A DNA stretch of 64,000 bases from Eledone cirrhosa (taxonomy: Eukaryota), in contig OZ024740.1 of the NCBI GenBank assembly GCA_964016885.1, forward strand, positions 335,916,001 through 335,980,000, read 5' to 3'. A model generated the notes under the pieces. The model saw only the letters and a list, made by a program, of their open reading frames with translations, had not been told where the DNA came from and made no database searches. Made by a program: the position numbers and the translations under genes. Positions 1 to 14,749 of the stretch are shown piece by piece. Numbering within the stretch: the stretch's first letter is position 1; each line of letters starts with the position of its first letter.

Positions 1-3000
1 AATTGAAACTTAACTGATGCAAGTCTTTTAATTGAAAGTGTCACCCTTTCAAAGTATGAAGATAATGAATTTTTCAACCTAAAAATAATTTCCCAAATTT
101 CTCAAAAGAATCCTGCTGTTTCTTCCCGGGGAGAACTTTTTTCCACGTTAAGAAATGTGGTTCTATATAGTTATGTGTGATGTTACCTTGTTTGAGATTA
201 TTCTTAAGAATATATCTGTTGCATGCGTGAAGCAAACATTTCTTTAGTTCCGTAAATGTAATTGTTATCCTTTGGTTATTCTATTGCAGTAAGATTTTTT
301 TGTTGTTGTTGTTGTTGTTGTTTCAGCCCAGATCATCATTCTTCGTTCAGACCTGCGGTCAAAGGCATTCTAATATTAAACATCTTATCTTTTTTGTATA
401 TCCAGGACTACATTATCCTTTGTTAAGTCGATATGGTTGGATTTGGTAGAGATCTAGTTGCTATTTCTGATTCATATTAGAATATGTTTAGATATTGTGT
501 GTAATGTTTATATAACTGTTTTAAAGTTTTCGAAATTTTGTGTGCTTTTTCTATTTTGAGAATGGAAATTGTATAGAATCATTGTATAGAATACCGTTTT
601 AAATAGACATAATATAGAGGTATATGTTATAATTACCATTCTGGTAACTATAAACAGCAACTTACTAAAGATAAACTGAAACAATCGGAACAAGCCTGAG
701 GTTAAACAGAGCTAACTTGAAGTTAATCAGGGCTAAGATAAGGCATTCGAGGATAACCTCAGATTTGATAGCTGTAATATAGACGACCAGGACTAAGCTG
801 AAGAAAAAAAAACTACAAAAAAAACTACAAACTGGACTAATGCAACCAAAGAGGGATAATCTACAGGGTGAGTCAACCAGCTAAAAAATGACATCCAAAA
901 TGTCTCATACATTACCTTATCGTCCTAATAAAATGAATAAATATACTGGATGCACGGGATTTGTTAGCCGTAGAAGATCGGCAAAAAACGTTGACCCGAG
1001 AGAATTCGAACTCAGAAGTAAAAGGAAAAGTTTGTAAATATTAAGACATTTAATGTTGTCTTACACTGTTTTTCATTTCACTATCCTTTAAATGTATCTA
1101 TTCTGTTGTTCTACTATGTCTTTCATCTCATCATCCTTTGGAAATATTTAGTATGGTGCTGTAATGTTTATATCAATATATCTAGTTCTTTAAAAATTAT
1201 CTACTCTAGTGTCGTACTGTTTCTTTCATCCCATCGTCCTTTAAGTAGCCCAGAAACAATAAAGTGTTAAATTGACAAAAGAATAAAATAAAATATAATG
1301 TTCATAACCTAAGTGTTCTTCCAGGACATTTCTGCTTGACACAACAGAAAACATTAAAAGCAAAACTAGAATACGATAATTGATTTTTAGATTATGTTTC
1401 TTTTTAGGTCTGGCTAAACTAGAATTTAATGGTAAATATGTTGACATTTTGGTTTTAAAAACAGTATTTTTGGCAGATCTTTATTGTCTCTTTTACATAT
1501 GCCATGTATACAGAGACAAGCAGTGTATTTTAAACAAACGAAAACGTATTTTGTGTAATATATTAATCCTGTAAAGAAAGGCAACTCTGTTAAGAATATT
1601 TAAATATATAAATAAAAAGGTGAGTTGACTCCATTACTCTAACTGCTTTCACCTATCATTTAATCTTTCCCCTTTACTTATCGACCATTTTGAAATAACG
1701 CTACTTAACGTTACGTGTGTGGATATTGTTCACATATGAAGAAAGTGTTATGCACATATGAAGAAAGTGTTATTAAGTTGTTGTTTTAATCTTCTATATA
1801 TCTATTAAGATAACATCAAATAGTGAAATGTATAGTGTAATGTGTCTGCGATCAGATTAATGGAGTTGGTAGGTCACCAAAGAGCTGGGTATCAAGGCCT
1901 AACAGTACTTGGTTTACCATCAACACAAACGTTTGATAAATGCATTGGCACGAAACTCTAGGTCATATAGTCACTTTCTTTTCGGTTTCTAAGCTTTGTG
2001 TATCGATGGGTCGTTAGTACTCGAAGAAGTTATTTGAATGGAGACTATGGGAATATCCAGTAGTAGGGTTTTACGTTTTTAGAAAATAACATTTTGTGAT
2101 GAGGTGTCCTGTACATTTATTGGTACTAAGCTTATGATTATTACTCTGTATTTTCACCTGCGCACTCGCAAGATAATCAGACAATATATATCATCAGATA
2201 TAGATACATATTAAGTGTGTGGTGTATTTGTAGTTGATGTGTCAGTATATATAAACTAATGAGTGAATATTAATGAAAAACTAATCAAGGTGGTGTTTAA
2301 AATGTTCAACAAGTGCCATTGCCTTCTTCCTTGTTTTTTTTATTTTAAGATAGGTAATTGTTGAATGTTCGATTATCTCAATAAATGACTGATAAACAAT
2401 GTGATATTGAGCGTTGTTTTTTATAACTTTATTGTCCAAAGTTTTTCGAATTCTGTAACACAATAATTTAGTATGTTGCCAATAATATTTGTCGCAAAAT
2501 TATATCAAATGTAATTTCTTTTAAAATTTATTTCAGTTTGATGAAACTTTGAATTATGAAAACTATGTCGCCAATATAAAAGGTTTGAAAGTTTTGATAA
2601 TAAAAATAAACTTTTGTATGCTGACCAAATTCTTTGTGTAAGCTATATAAAGTATAAATGGTCTACAGAATGTAGTATAGAAACTGACATTAAATACTGA
2701 GGTAATCAAACCTAATTATGGTAACTATACAATAGATATATTTTCTGCTATTAAATTATGTTACTAGAATATACAATAACTATGTTTGCCTCAAGCATCA
2801 CCATCATACACAATGGAATGTATTACACACAGACTAATATGTTTGTGTATATCTAAGTCTCTGTATATATATGTATGTGTGTACAAACACACACACACAC
2901 ATATATATGTGTGTTTGTTAGTGTGTATGTATGTTTTGTTTGGATATATTTGTCGTGTGCTCTAGGAGAACTTCTTGACAATAAACACAATTTATCTTTG

Positions 3001-5812
3001 CTAAATTATCTCAAAGAAGCAAACCTTTAATTTCATTGTGTTCACTTGCAGCCATTCTACCAAAATTGTAAGGAAACAAAGAGTGCCTTGGGCAAGTTTA
3101 TTAGTGATTTGTTAGAATCTCATGTCAATAACTTGACTTGTATTTGATGATAGATTATTTCAAAATGGGTAATAGTATTAGAATAAAAACGCATTCATTA
3201 GTTTAAAGTATGCAGTAGTAAATTTTAATCTACCTGTGACCTTTTCCGGATCTACGAGGCATACAGCGTTATATGTTATATATATAAAATCAAGATACAA
3301 AGTTTTATTTTCTAGATATGAGAATTTATACAGGTGGGGCATCGGCCCGCAAAAACAGAATCAAACATAATCTTCTTTAGAGTATCTGATCAGAGGCTTG
3401 ATCTAGTAAGAAAATATAACATAGTTACTGCACAAGGTAATAATAAATGTAGTTAGGAGATGAAGCAAATTATGATTTTGATTACTGACCTTCGGGAACA
3501 CGAGTTGATGAATAAATAATTTTACTTCGTCAGATACCACAGAGAAACCGTAACTGCCTTTGAGTTTATTTTTAATGTGACCAATCTTTTTGATGAACGT
3601 TTAAATTCCCAGAGGTGTGCAAGCGAATAACCAACTAGAATTTTGTCACTTTGACGTGCAATTTGATTAAAAACTACAGTAATTATCCTGATGTTGATTA
3701 ACTAGAAATGTAATATAGATGTGGCATGGAGAAGCCTAGACGTAAACAATAGAAATTAACTGTAAGTTGGCATCTTCGTAACATATATATCTACAACATG
3801 GAAACCTTTTTATATAAACACCATAGCTATGGCCATGGGGATTGATGGCATCATGATTAGGGACTAGTAGGTATAATTATATTACTATACATTACAATAT
3901 GTCATAGAAGACTGATTCAGGGTATTATGAAATTGCTTTATAAAATAAGTTCAATGCACTCATTTGAGAAGGTAATGTCTGTACGCTCGACTCAGAACTT
4001 CATGTGTACCTTTTTATCGAGTTATAAATCGGATGCCTATGAGATTTGAACTCAGAACCTAAAGAGATGTAACAAAATGCCACAAAGCCTTATGTCCGCC
4101 TCTTTATCAAGTCTGATAGTCGATCGTCCTTAGTATAGAATGCAGAATGATATAATAATATGCTGTAGAGCAATCGATGTCAGATTTGCTGGAGAAAGGG
4201 TTAAAATACCTTGCTGTAATCAGTTACGTCACTCTACATCCTGAATTAATATTCGTTGCTATCGACGTTGTCTTTCATTCTTCACAAGTCGATAAAATGA
4301 AATACTTGTAAAATAATGGGGGGTTAATCGAATAAATTATACTAATCCCCAGCATTTCTGTTGTTGTGCATATATTAAATATCAATGCCATAGTGAGTTG
4401 AGACATTCTATTATGTAGTGATGTTGTAATGTTTCGTAATGATAATTTATCGTTTGAATATTTACAAACATAGCTATTCTAGTATATAGTTGTATTACAG
4501 AATGTATGCTAATACTGTAGTGTACTGTATTAGTGGTATGGTAGAATATATACTAATGTTGTAGTGTTGTACTTTACTATAGTATATAGTAGTATTGTAG
4601 AATATATAATACTGGTGTCTCGTGCAAGTAGGAGATATGCTAATACTATAACCTGGTATATTATTTAGCGTCTATTGATATTGTAGAAAATATATTAATA
4701 CTCTAATATTGTGTATTACTAAACTATTCTTGTATAGTAGTAGATATAGAAACACTGTAAGGTGGTATTCTACTATATTATGTAGTGGAATTGTAGAAAA
4801 TATACTAATATTATAGTGGGATGTACCTATATATTATGTAGTAGAATCACAGAAGATGGTTATGAAACTATATAGTGTTATGGCAGAGATATAGTGTTGT
4901 ATGGTTTACTTCTATGTTATTTAATGGTATTTTAGAAGACATACAAATGGTGTAGTGTGCTGTATTACTATACAATATATTGATATGGTTTGTTAATTCA
5001 AATGTTTATAGTATATCTATTTTTAGAAATATGAATTATTCAGAACATTGAATCACTACCTTCCTACGGACAACTGACGCTACACACCAGGTCCGAACAC
5101 AGAAGAGCCGAACTCCCACTGTCATCGCCTTCATCTCTCTCGCCATCCCCATCTGTCTGTATACTAACACTGTAATCTGTTTATTATAAAGGTAGTGGGG
5201 GCGAGGCACTGCCATGTTGTTAAGAGTTTCGTTTTTGCAATCATGTCATGGGTTCGATTCCAATAACTGTCCTCTTTAATGAGTAATATTTACTAAAACC
5301 TCAGATCGACCCAAGCGTTGTGAGTAAAATTGGATTGAAAGCTCGTCGGACAGATTGTACTTATAATTCAAAGATCCAGCGTTGCAGCATATTTTATCCT
5401 GCTGAACCTCCCTAAGAATTACATTACACGTGTCTGAGGAATGCTCGGCCATTTACCAATTAATTTCACAAGCCTGTTATTACGTTGATTGAACAAATAG
5501 AACAATCATCGTCGAAATCGACGAAGATTCATTCCATTCCACAGTAGTGGTATTGCAGTATGTAATAATTAATACTCGGTATGTACTTATATTGTTGAAG
5601 ACAGACTAACATTAATGTGTTGTACTACTATAGTATGTAGTGGCTAGTAATACTACGGTATGTCATATTGTGAAAGATATTCTATTATCGATTTCTAGCA
5701 TTAGTAATATAGCATCTAATATATATATATATTGATTTCACTCTGTCGAATATATATGTGTGTGTATATATAGGTATATTTTTGTCTATTATTTACTCAT
5801 ATTTTGTAATTT

Positions 5813-5814
<2 letters not shown>

Positions 5815-5898
<84 letters not shown>

Positions 5899-5968
5899 TA
5901 TTGTATTATATTATATTATATTATATTATATTATATTATATTATATTATATTATATTATATTATATTA
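5815..5968. repeat. (TA)n followed by (TTATA)n microsatellite
   Basis: Directly visible; abuts the Helitron 3' end. Confidence 0.95.
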
Positions 5969-6550
5969 CTAGCTGACGTACCCACCTTCGGCCGGGTAAA
6001 CAGATGATAAGAGAAGACAGATAGAAGAGAAAATTATTCTCTATTGGATGTTTGCCTGGTTTACAGTATGAGGCGAGACTGTGGTGTGTGTCTGTGTGAC
6101 AAAAAAACATAAACAGTAAACATTTTTCCAGAGACACTAGATTCTTCGTTTTACCGTTCGTGCATTTTATATGAAGATTTCTATGTGTTTCTACTCGTGT
6201 ACGAACTACATATAACTGTGCATGTGTAAAAAGAGTTTCTCTTGTATTTAATTCTAAAACGTTGAAGCTCTGAGCCTGAGCTTTATGTATGGTCATAGCA
6301 AAACTGGCTCTAAGAGGGAACTGAAGTTTTGAGAATTTGAAATGCAGCTCGCTAGAGGAAGGGAGAAGAGGGATCTTTGGAAATAAATGCACTTTCTTCT
6401 TGATGATTGTCTGCAAGACTAGTGACATCTAGGAGAAGATCCATCATCCTCCTGGCTGTAAAACGTGTGTCATTGCATAGACGTGGTTGGTCCACGTTTC
6501 TCAAAAGGATTATGGAAGTTCCAATCTTTTATATTATATGTAGATATAGA
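5969..6550 (-). mobile_element. Non-autonomous Helitron with both termini and a frameshifted PIF1-type helicase C-terminal fragment
   Basis: Minus strand starts A|TCTATATCTACATATAATATAAAAG and ends with hairpin TACCC-GGCCGAAGGT-GGGTA then CAGCTAG|T. It translates to IILLRNVDQPRLCNDTR and, after a frameshift near 6380, QFPLRASFAMTIHKAQAQS...FTHAQLYVVRTRV (Helitron helicase motifs). Confidence 0.88.
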
Positions 6551-6954
6551 TATATAAATGTGTGTAAGTGTGTGTGTGTGTGTGTGTGTGTGCGTTCGCG
6601 CGTGCGTGTGTGTGCGTGTTGGTATGTGCGTACATGTGTGTATGTGTGCGTGTGTGTGCGTATGTGTGTGTGTGTGTAAACCATCGTTCGAATCGGAGAC
6701 ACTGGTCCCGAAACACGATCATCACTAACAACGAACACGCCGAGAGAATGCCTTATGGTTGATTCCCAACATGCTAGAAATAACAGTCAGGCTGGTTACC
6801 ATACCCAGGATGTTTAGTATCAATTAGTATCAATAAAACCTTCCTGGCTTTACACTTATTCCATTGTTGTAACCCACCAACAATCATCTCCCTTATATAT
6901 TATGTATAGATATTATATCATATTATGTTATATCTATATTAATGTATATATCAT

Positions 6955-7140
6955 GTGGATTGGCAGCATCGGTAGAGGGTTGGACGTCATGCTTTGACGC
7001 ATAGAGTTACGGCCCTTTCCATTCTGAGTTCAAATCCCGCCGAGGTCAACTTTACCTCTCATCCTTACGGGGTCGATAAAATAAAGTACCAGTAATGTAC
7101 TGGGTAATTGCTGGCCTTGTGCCAAAAGTAGAAACAATTA
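6955..7140 (+). mobile_element. tRNA-derived SINE, main family of the window
   Basis: Box A-like TGGCAGCATCGG, box B GAGTTCAAATCCC, core CATCCTTACGGGGTCGATAAAATAAAGTACCAG, tail GGCCTTGTGCCAAAAGTAGAAACAATTA. About 20 copies in the window. Confidence 0.85.
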
Positions 7141-7269
7141 ATATTACCTATTATTCTTATATAGAATATGATAAATATATTTCTGTAATGTTTAGTGATA
7201 TTAATTTTGCATTGCCTTTTATACTGTACAGTACAATGTGTGAAGATATTGTAATATTACTCAAGTAAA

Positions 7270-7630
7270 TATTATCTTCGGTGAAATGGAATGGACATCC
7301 GTCAACAGCAGCGGTGAGTGTTGCAATTGTTCAATCAACGGAAGAGCTTGTTCCTTAAATGAACGTGCATGTATCTGAGCACTCAACAGACACGTGTACT
7401 TTAACGTAATTATCTGGATAATTATGTATGGGTCTACGTGGGACAAGGTTGGCCCTTTAAGCTACATGTAAAGTCAATTTGACAGACTTCCAACTAATTT
7501 CCACCTACTCAATTTCACCCAAAAGGATTGGGTCGCAGTTGTGGCAAATAACATTTGAACCAGGATGCCACACAGTGGTATTGAACCCAGATTCTTATGA
7601 TAGCGAAGTGGAATTCTCCTTTCGGCCATG
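7270..7630 (-). mobile_element. Second tRNA-derived SINE family, diverged (relatives at ~5210-5530, 11430-11545, 20190-20460, 32130-32330, 43070-43290)
   Basis: Shared blocks such as AACGGAACAGC...AACGTGCA...TGAGCA...GTAC and box B-like GGTTCRAT across copies. Confidence 0.6.
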
Positions 7631-8829
7631 ATGCATCCATTCCGTAGTCTAACATGTAATCTGTAGTCAACTTAGTAATGTTGTGTGTGTAAGAACAATA
7701 AATAATTTGAATTAGTTCATATGTAATATGTTTACTATGATAAGTAATCACGACACATCACGACCGTGTGGTTAAGAGTTTCGTTTCGCAATCATGTCAG
7801 GGGTTCACTAGCTCACAAACATTGCTTATTTTATCTTTCTTTTACAGCAACGTCGATTGCTTCTGCTAGACAGCATTAGAAAATTGCATATTCTCGTTGG
7901 CCGCAGAATTTACTAGAAATAAAATCAAGCCTTGCTCTCTCAGATATGTAAGTATGTGTAAACCTTAAAATGTGGGGGTGATCACATCGGAAGATTTGTA
8001 ATCATATGTCTGCTTGATCATGGTTGATCTAGTGTTAAACAACAGCGTCAATCCGACACCACCGACTCCCGTACCTATACAGTGCTCGATACTCTCATTC
8101 CTATTTATCTTTATCAATAAGCAGTTGCCCATTTTTTTCTTCCTAGAATAGCATCTTTCTCTAGTAGAAGCTGTACTAACACTCTAGTGTATTATACTAC
8201 TATAGTATATCTTGTCATAGCATTGCGTTGTGTCATTCTATTTCATTCTAGAAGATAGAGTGATACTGTAGTGTAGCGTATTGCTATAGCATCAAGTAGT
8301 ATTGCAGAAAGGTTACAAATACTGCAGAGTTCATTGTACAGAATTTCAAACTGAATATCAACCATATCATCATACTCATCTAATCAGTCTAGAGAGAACT
8401 GCATATGTTGTAGTCACTTACCCATTTCTATTTCTGAGTAAATGATATTTTTAAAATGCAATAATGCTAATCTCATTTCAGCCTTGATCCAGTAAACTTA
8501 TAATACGATATGTTCCAGCCGTGATTAACCGATCTTATTATTTCAGACACAGCAGCTATTACTACATTATTCAATGTCGTGCTTTTATCAGATAGTAGGA
8601 TAAATTCTGGAGCAGATGCGTCTTCTATTTTTAGCTAATTCTATTCACGCACCTTCTATGACGTTGCTACTTCCGATGCTATACGCATGATAAAGAACGC
8701 CAGACTGTATGTAACAACTGTGTTTATTTTTGACATGACAAGCTTTCCTTATCATGCTAATAAGGTGACGAATTGGCATGAGTCGTTAGAATGTTGGGGG
8801 AAACGTAAAGTCGATTAAAGCCGCCCCAT

Positions 8830-9503
8830 TGCATTACTGATACTTTATTCTATCAAACCCGTAAGGATGAAAAGCAAAGCTAACCTCGGCGAGATTTGAA
8901 CTCAAAACGTAAAAGGCCGTAACTCTATGCCACGAAGCATGCTGTCCGCCAATCCACCTGCTATTGTAGTTAATAATGACATAGTAAAATGCTATATATA
9001 ATGATATTGTAATATAATGCACTGTATAATGTTATAGCTTAGTGTAATATTGTGTAGTGCACGATGTTATTATAGTATACAGTGGCGTGTGATGATATTG
9101 TGTAATAGTATAATATAGTGTATGTTGATATTATAATATAGTGTAGAGAAAGATAATATTGGTTTCTGATTTAGGTACAAGGTCGAAAATTTTGGGGCGA
9201 GGAAAGTCGATTAAATCAACCCCAGTGCATTACTGGTACTTTGTTTTAACGACCCCCGTAAGGATGAAAGCCAAAGCTAACCTCGGTAGGATTTGAACTC
9301 AGATCGTAAAAGGCCGTAACTCTATGCAATAAAACATGTTGTCCGATGCTATAATGTATTTCCTGGTATTATGGCCCTTGCCATTTTGAGTTCAAATCCC
9401 GCCGAGGTTAACTTTGCCTTTCGTCCTTACTGGGTCAATAACATAAAATACCAGTAATTCACTGAGTAATTGCTGGCCTTGTGCCAAAAGTAGAAACAAT
9501 TAT
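8830..9503. mobile_element. SINE cluster: minus copies ~8830-8960 and ~9160-9350, plus copy ~9370-9503
   Basis: Same core as 6955-7140 in both orientations. Confidence 0.8.
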
Positions 9504-10154
9504 TATAGTATAGAATAGTAAATGATGTTATAATGTATAATATTGTCGTTGTTGCTGTTGTTTATACCAAGGTCAACTCTGATTGAGCAAACCTAAAATC
9601 AAAGACATTCAATTCCTGACTAATCTGTCTTCTTGTTAGATTATAGTGTATGCATGACTACATTTTCTAATTTCTCTTTCAGTCGTTTAAGACAGCGTAG
9701 TTTTAAGACAGGATTTGGTTTGAGGGACATTTGACAGCTATGTCTAGCAATTAATTAACCATCATGTCTTTCGGCTTTGGCTCGTATCCTAGCGCCAAGT
9801 AAATGATGTAGGATGATTTGCTGCCTGTCCTCGCAATCAGATAGTTTAAAATATTCTATCCTTTAATTTACGTCGATATATTTCATTTGCTGTCTGTCCT
9901 AGCAATCAGATATCTTAAATCCTTTATTATATACTTATTTTATGTCTATATATTTCATTTGTTGTCTGCCTTATACATCAGATACTTTAAAAAGTTATGC
10001 CTATCCTTTAATTTACTTCTATATGTTTCATATGCTGTCTGTTCTAGCAATCAGATAGTTTAAATCTTTTATTATACACTTCAATTTACGTTCTCATCTA
10101 TTACAACCCCTGAGGCGAGTGTTTACTTTTCTATCTATATTCATTACTCTAGAT

Positions 10155-10486
10155 CAGCGTTTCTCAACCTTTTTACCCTAGTGGAACCCTTTAAATAGGT
10201 TCTTGTCTCAGGGAACCCCTACATAAAAATTATTATATACCATTATTAATATCTATCTCTTATATTGACCTAGTTTTAAATAATATAAGAGGTTGAAGCC
10301 TTTCTTAAAATAAACAAGGATTTTCCGACAATATGCCCTAAATGCATAGTAAAATTACGAATATAAAATTAAACAAAAATTACTTTTAAGAAATACATTA
10401 GTTTATTTATCACTGGTTCTCGCGGAATCCCTAGCGACCTCTTGCGGAATCCTAGGGTTCCGGGGAACACCGGTTGAGAAACGCTG
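10155..10486. mobile_element. hAT (Charlie-like) MITE
   Basis: 15-bp TIR CAGCGTTTCTCAACC / GGTTGAGAAACGCTG flanked by a perfect 8-bp TSD CTCTAGAT (10147-10154 and 10487-10494). Confidence 0.92.
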
Positions 10487-13400
10487 CTCTAGATGCAGAT
10501 TTCCCTATTGCATAGAAGAGGGAAACCTTTTGAGAGTGTATGTTCATACTGGTGATAATCTACAAAGAAAATATTCCATCACGTGGAGTGGCCATTCCAT
10601 CACGTGGAGTGACCAGTCGGTATTTTGAGTTGAAGATTATCATTTTTATGACATTTGCATTTTACATATTTAATTCAGAGAAAAAAGGCTAAAAAGTATT
10701 ATTAATGAAGACTATGTAGACACTCAATGATTTCTGAATTATTTCAATGAGATAGCTTTATGAGTGGCATGTTTTGTTTATAACAATTAATTTACAAAAG
10801 ATAAAATTAATGAATACATAACAGTGATAATGGATTTTATTGAGAATTGAAATAATTGATACTTATTTATGAGTATGTTTTTGTTGTTGTTTTTACTATG
10901 AATAAAAAATAAAATAAATTGAAATACACGAAAACATTTTAGGATATATGTTTAAACAATTATTAATGCCAATGACTTCCAATGATTTCCAAGACAATAG
11001 TATTGTACTTTATAACAAGCACAAGAAATTATCAACATTAATATTTTAAACAAAACAAGAGGAAAATAGCTTATTTATCATATAATATAATTATATTTCT
11101 AATTTTGGATCAAGGCCTGTAATGTTTGTGAAAGGATAAAGCCGATTAAATAGACTGGTACTTTATTTCATCTAATTTAATCTAATATGGCAAATAAGAA
11201 GAACCAGGGCCGCCCCTAGGAGCATTGTGGATTTGGTGTACTTCATATTTGTTTCGGTTGCTGAATACAATCAGGGCTCGCTGCTTCTCCTGAAAGTCTC
11301 GAGTGGGAGTGCCTTTCCATTGTCAGTTTGCATTGATCATCTGCAAAGCCGCATTGTTCTGAGAACCACTACACCAGTCTTTCGATGCGTGCAGCTGAAA
11401 CTACTGCCACCCATTGATTTGGCAGGATTGCAACTCATTTCTACAGCTGATTAAACTGGAGCAACGTGAAATAAAGTGTCTTGCTCAAGGACACAACACA
11501 TCACCCGGCCCGAGAATCGAACTCACAACCTTTCGATTGCAACTCCAATCCTCTTCACCTACTTTATTTCAACGACTCCGGAAAGGAGATGTAATTAAAT
11601 GATGCAATGCCTTTTGCCCGAGGCTCTAAAGATTCTTCTAATCTACTGCCCTAATAAATATATTGTAATTTAATAATAAGAAACATTTATTTTAAAAAAA
11701 TCAAAAATGAGGGAAGAGAAAAGGAGCATAAACAATGAAATGTTTCTGTTGCGCCACCGACGACGAATACTTTACACCAGGATTACATTTGCTTGTTTTG
11801 AGATCTATTCATGTTTCATCAGTATGACTGTTCCTAAAAGTAAACTTGAAAAATTAAATCATCGAAAACAATGACTTATGGGAATATACTGGTAGATACA
11901 GTTAATATTACCACCATAAGATTTTTCACGCAAAAGTTTTAAGATGGCATTTCAGAGTTTGAGAACCTCTTTTTTTACACTTTTCTGTGCTATTCTTGTC
12001 ACTAATCGATCTCCATGTTTACTGCAATTCAGTTTTCAACTTTATAACTATTTACTTACAAATTCAGTTACTTTGTAAATTAATCATTTGCACCTCCGAT
12101 TACCCAAAGCAATCCACTACAACATTTACAAATTCAAGCTGTTTGAAATTACACTTTTGACAGACTTGTATCGCAGTTTCTTCAAAAGGCTTGAAATTAG
12201 AAAATCTTCAAAACAAATGTTCAGTATTTGACTCAATCGTGTTCAATAATGTTTTTAACACTGATTATCTATTTTCGCACGAATTTTTAAGATCAGGCAT
12301 TATTTCTTTCGATTGGAAAATATATAAAGGTGACATAGCCGTCATGTAAGCTTTTTTTATTTTAAAATTCTATGTTATCAACTATAAAGTCAAGTGTTTG
12401 GACAGATATTTCAGTAAATTGTTGTTCAAAGTATTTAAATGTAAAAGAATTCCGTATTAAACATTAATATATAAATTCAACTGACGCCAGAATGTTCTTA
12501 ATTTGTCAAATATCAGAGAAATTTCGTCGAAATACTCAGCAAATTGTTGAAGGACGAAAGCTCAACTAAGTCAAGGATAATTGCTGTAGCTATACAGTTA
12601 CATATATAGTCCTGTGTACACTAGCTTCATATTGCTCGGTAAATGTTTTCAAAGCATGTGCAGATAGAAAATTAACTACCTTGAATTGCTTACATTCTTA
12701 ATCAAATCTTCAGATTTCGTAATGCCAGCTTTTACACACATGTATTCATACACAACACAGTAAGCGGCCACCAGTAAATACCCAACATTTTGTAAACTAA
12801 TTTATAAATCTTGATTCCCTAATAATACCATTGTATTCATTAGCAGTTGCAACAGTCTATTTTGAAATTTGAACGTGTCGACTCTACAATTCCTTTACTT
12901 ACTGTCTTACATATTTCTTCATCCTTACAAAATCGAGCAATAGTAGATAGCTTAACTTATGGTGTAGCATCAGCGCTCTGATTTAAACAAAGGGAAAGAA
13001 TTTATATGAGCAAATAACTTTTGTTAGCTTTTTCAATATTTGTTTTCATCTTTAATATTCTATAGTAACAACAAAATTGGAACTGACTGTAACAAATTTC
13101 ATCAAAATAGTTTTGGTTCTATTTTTTTCTTTTTTGTGTGGTTTTGGGGGTGTTTTTTTGTTGCTGTTTTTTTTCTTTCTTTGCTGATTTCTCTAGAAAT
13201 ACATTATTTCTTTCGTCTTAGACACTTTTACTGCAAAGTCAACTATGAACAATTTTCTAATGCCACCACAGTATCCACCACAACGGTTTTGAGATATGAG
13301 CTGTGTAATGCTTTATCGTCCGTTCTAATTACGCAAACTATTTCATTCTATATTTCTAAAAACAACTTTTGCTGCTGCTCGCTTCATCTAAACATATTCT

Positions 13401-14281
13401 GTTTTTTGATGGTTGAGCTAACATTCTGAAGAAGTTGAAACTGTAATACCACGTGCAAATCTAAATACGGTAACGTGCTACACTAAATTCATTACATTGA
13501 GGTATTTATCAGAATTGTATATATTCATTTATGTAATTTTAAAGCAGTGATTTGCATGAGGTAATTTACGAGTTATCTAATCAGAGTTGACTTGAATCAT
13601 CAAGTGGTCATGATTTTATGGTGTATATAAAATTATGTAAATACCCGCCATATAATGGTTATAATAATGCAGAAAACAACGAGCTAGTATTTTATACGTT
13701 AATATCACCCCATAATTTTCAATGAAAAAAGGCATTACATTTTATATTGTGATAATCCATTGTCCATTAAACTGAATAAAAATAAATTATGTTACTAAAA
13801 TATGTCAAGATTTGCATGTAAAAGTTATGGTCCTGACTTCTAGCAAATGTAAATATTTATGAGGAAGAATTGTGCCGATTAATAAAGTACACAGCAAGGA
13901 AAATGTATGAGAAAGCACACCAACACAAGAGAAAGGGAAACACATTGACATAGAGAAAGAGAAAGAGGAGAGAAGTAAACAAAAGTATATGTAGAATCAA
14001 ACATAAAATAACTACACAAGAGAAAGATAGACAAACAAATAGATAAAGAGAGAGAGAAGAGAAAGGCAAGCAGATATACAGATAAAGGCAGCAAGATAGT
14101 CACAGAAAGAGAAAATGGGGGGCAATTAAAACGGCACAAACAGGTCAGTAACAAAGGCGTGTGTGTAAAAAATATTTAAATCCCTAATTTCTCGACTATG
14201 ACCAGGTGAGTGGTAATACACACGAAACTCTTTCACCCAGCTTCGTCAGGGTAGTTGTTCGTAACTGAGCTATATGCCACT

Positions 14282-14705
14282 AATAATTGTTTCTACTTTT
14301 GGCACCAGGTCAGCAATTATCCCAGTGCATTACTGGTACTTTATTTTATCGACCCGCGTAAGGATGAAAGGCAAAGTTAACCTCGGCGGGATTTGAACTC
14401 AGATCATAAAGGGAGGTAACTCTATGCTTCAAAGCATGGCACACGACCCTCTACCAATACTGCCAATCCAATGCCACTAATAATGGTTTCTGATTTAGGC
14501 ACAAGGCCAACAATTTGCAGGGAAATGGAAAGTCGATTAAATCGATACCAGTGCATTACTGGTACTTTATTACTTTATTGTATTGACCCCGAAAGGATGA
14601 AAGGCAAAGCTAACCTCGGCGGGATTTAATTCAGAACGTAAAGGGCCATACCTCTCTGCCACTAAGCATGGTTTCCGATGCTCTACCGATTCTGCCAAGC
14701 CACTG
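14282..14705 (-). mobile_element. Two tandem SINE copies, main family
   Basis: AAGGATGAAAGGCAAAG...CCTCGGCGGGATTT occurs twice. Confidence 0.85.
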
Positions 14706-14749
14706 CTATATAATTGTTCCAGATCAACTAATAATCAACGATTTTGTCA

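Noticed and set aside
4480-4990. Degenerate TAGTATTGTAGAATATATACTAATA-type periodicity (also ~8160-8330; a different one at ~9820-10090)
   Set aside because: Old decayed minisatellites; period cannot be fixed by eye and no functional signal.
6960-7045. tRNA gene
   Set aside because: Box A/B belong to the SINE head; no cloverleaf.
11700-13500. Possible decayed hAT-type transposase on the minus strand
   Set aside because: Only vague motif resemblance, many stops, no TIRs found.
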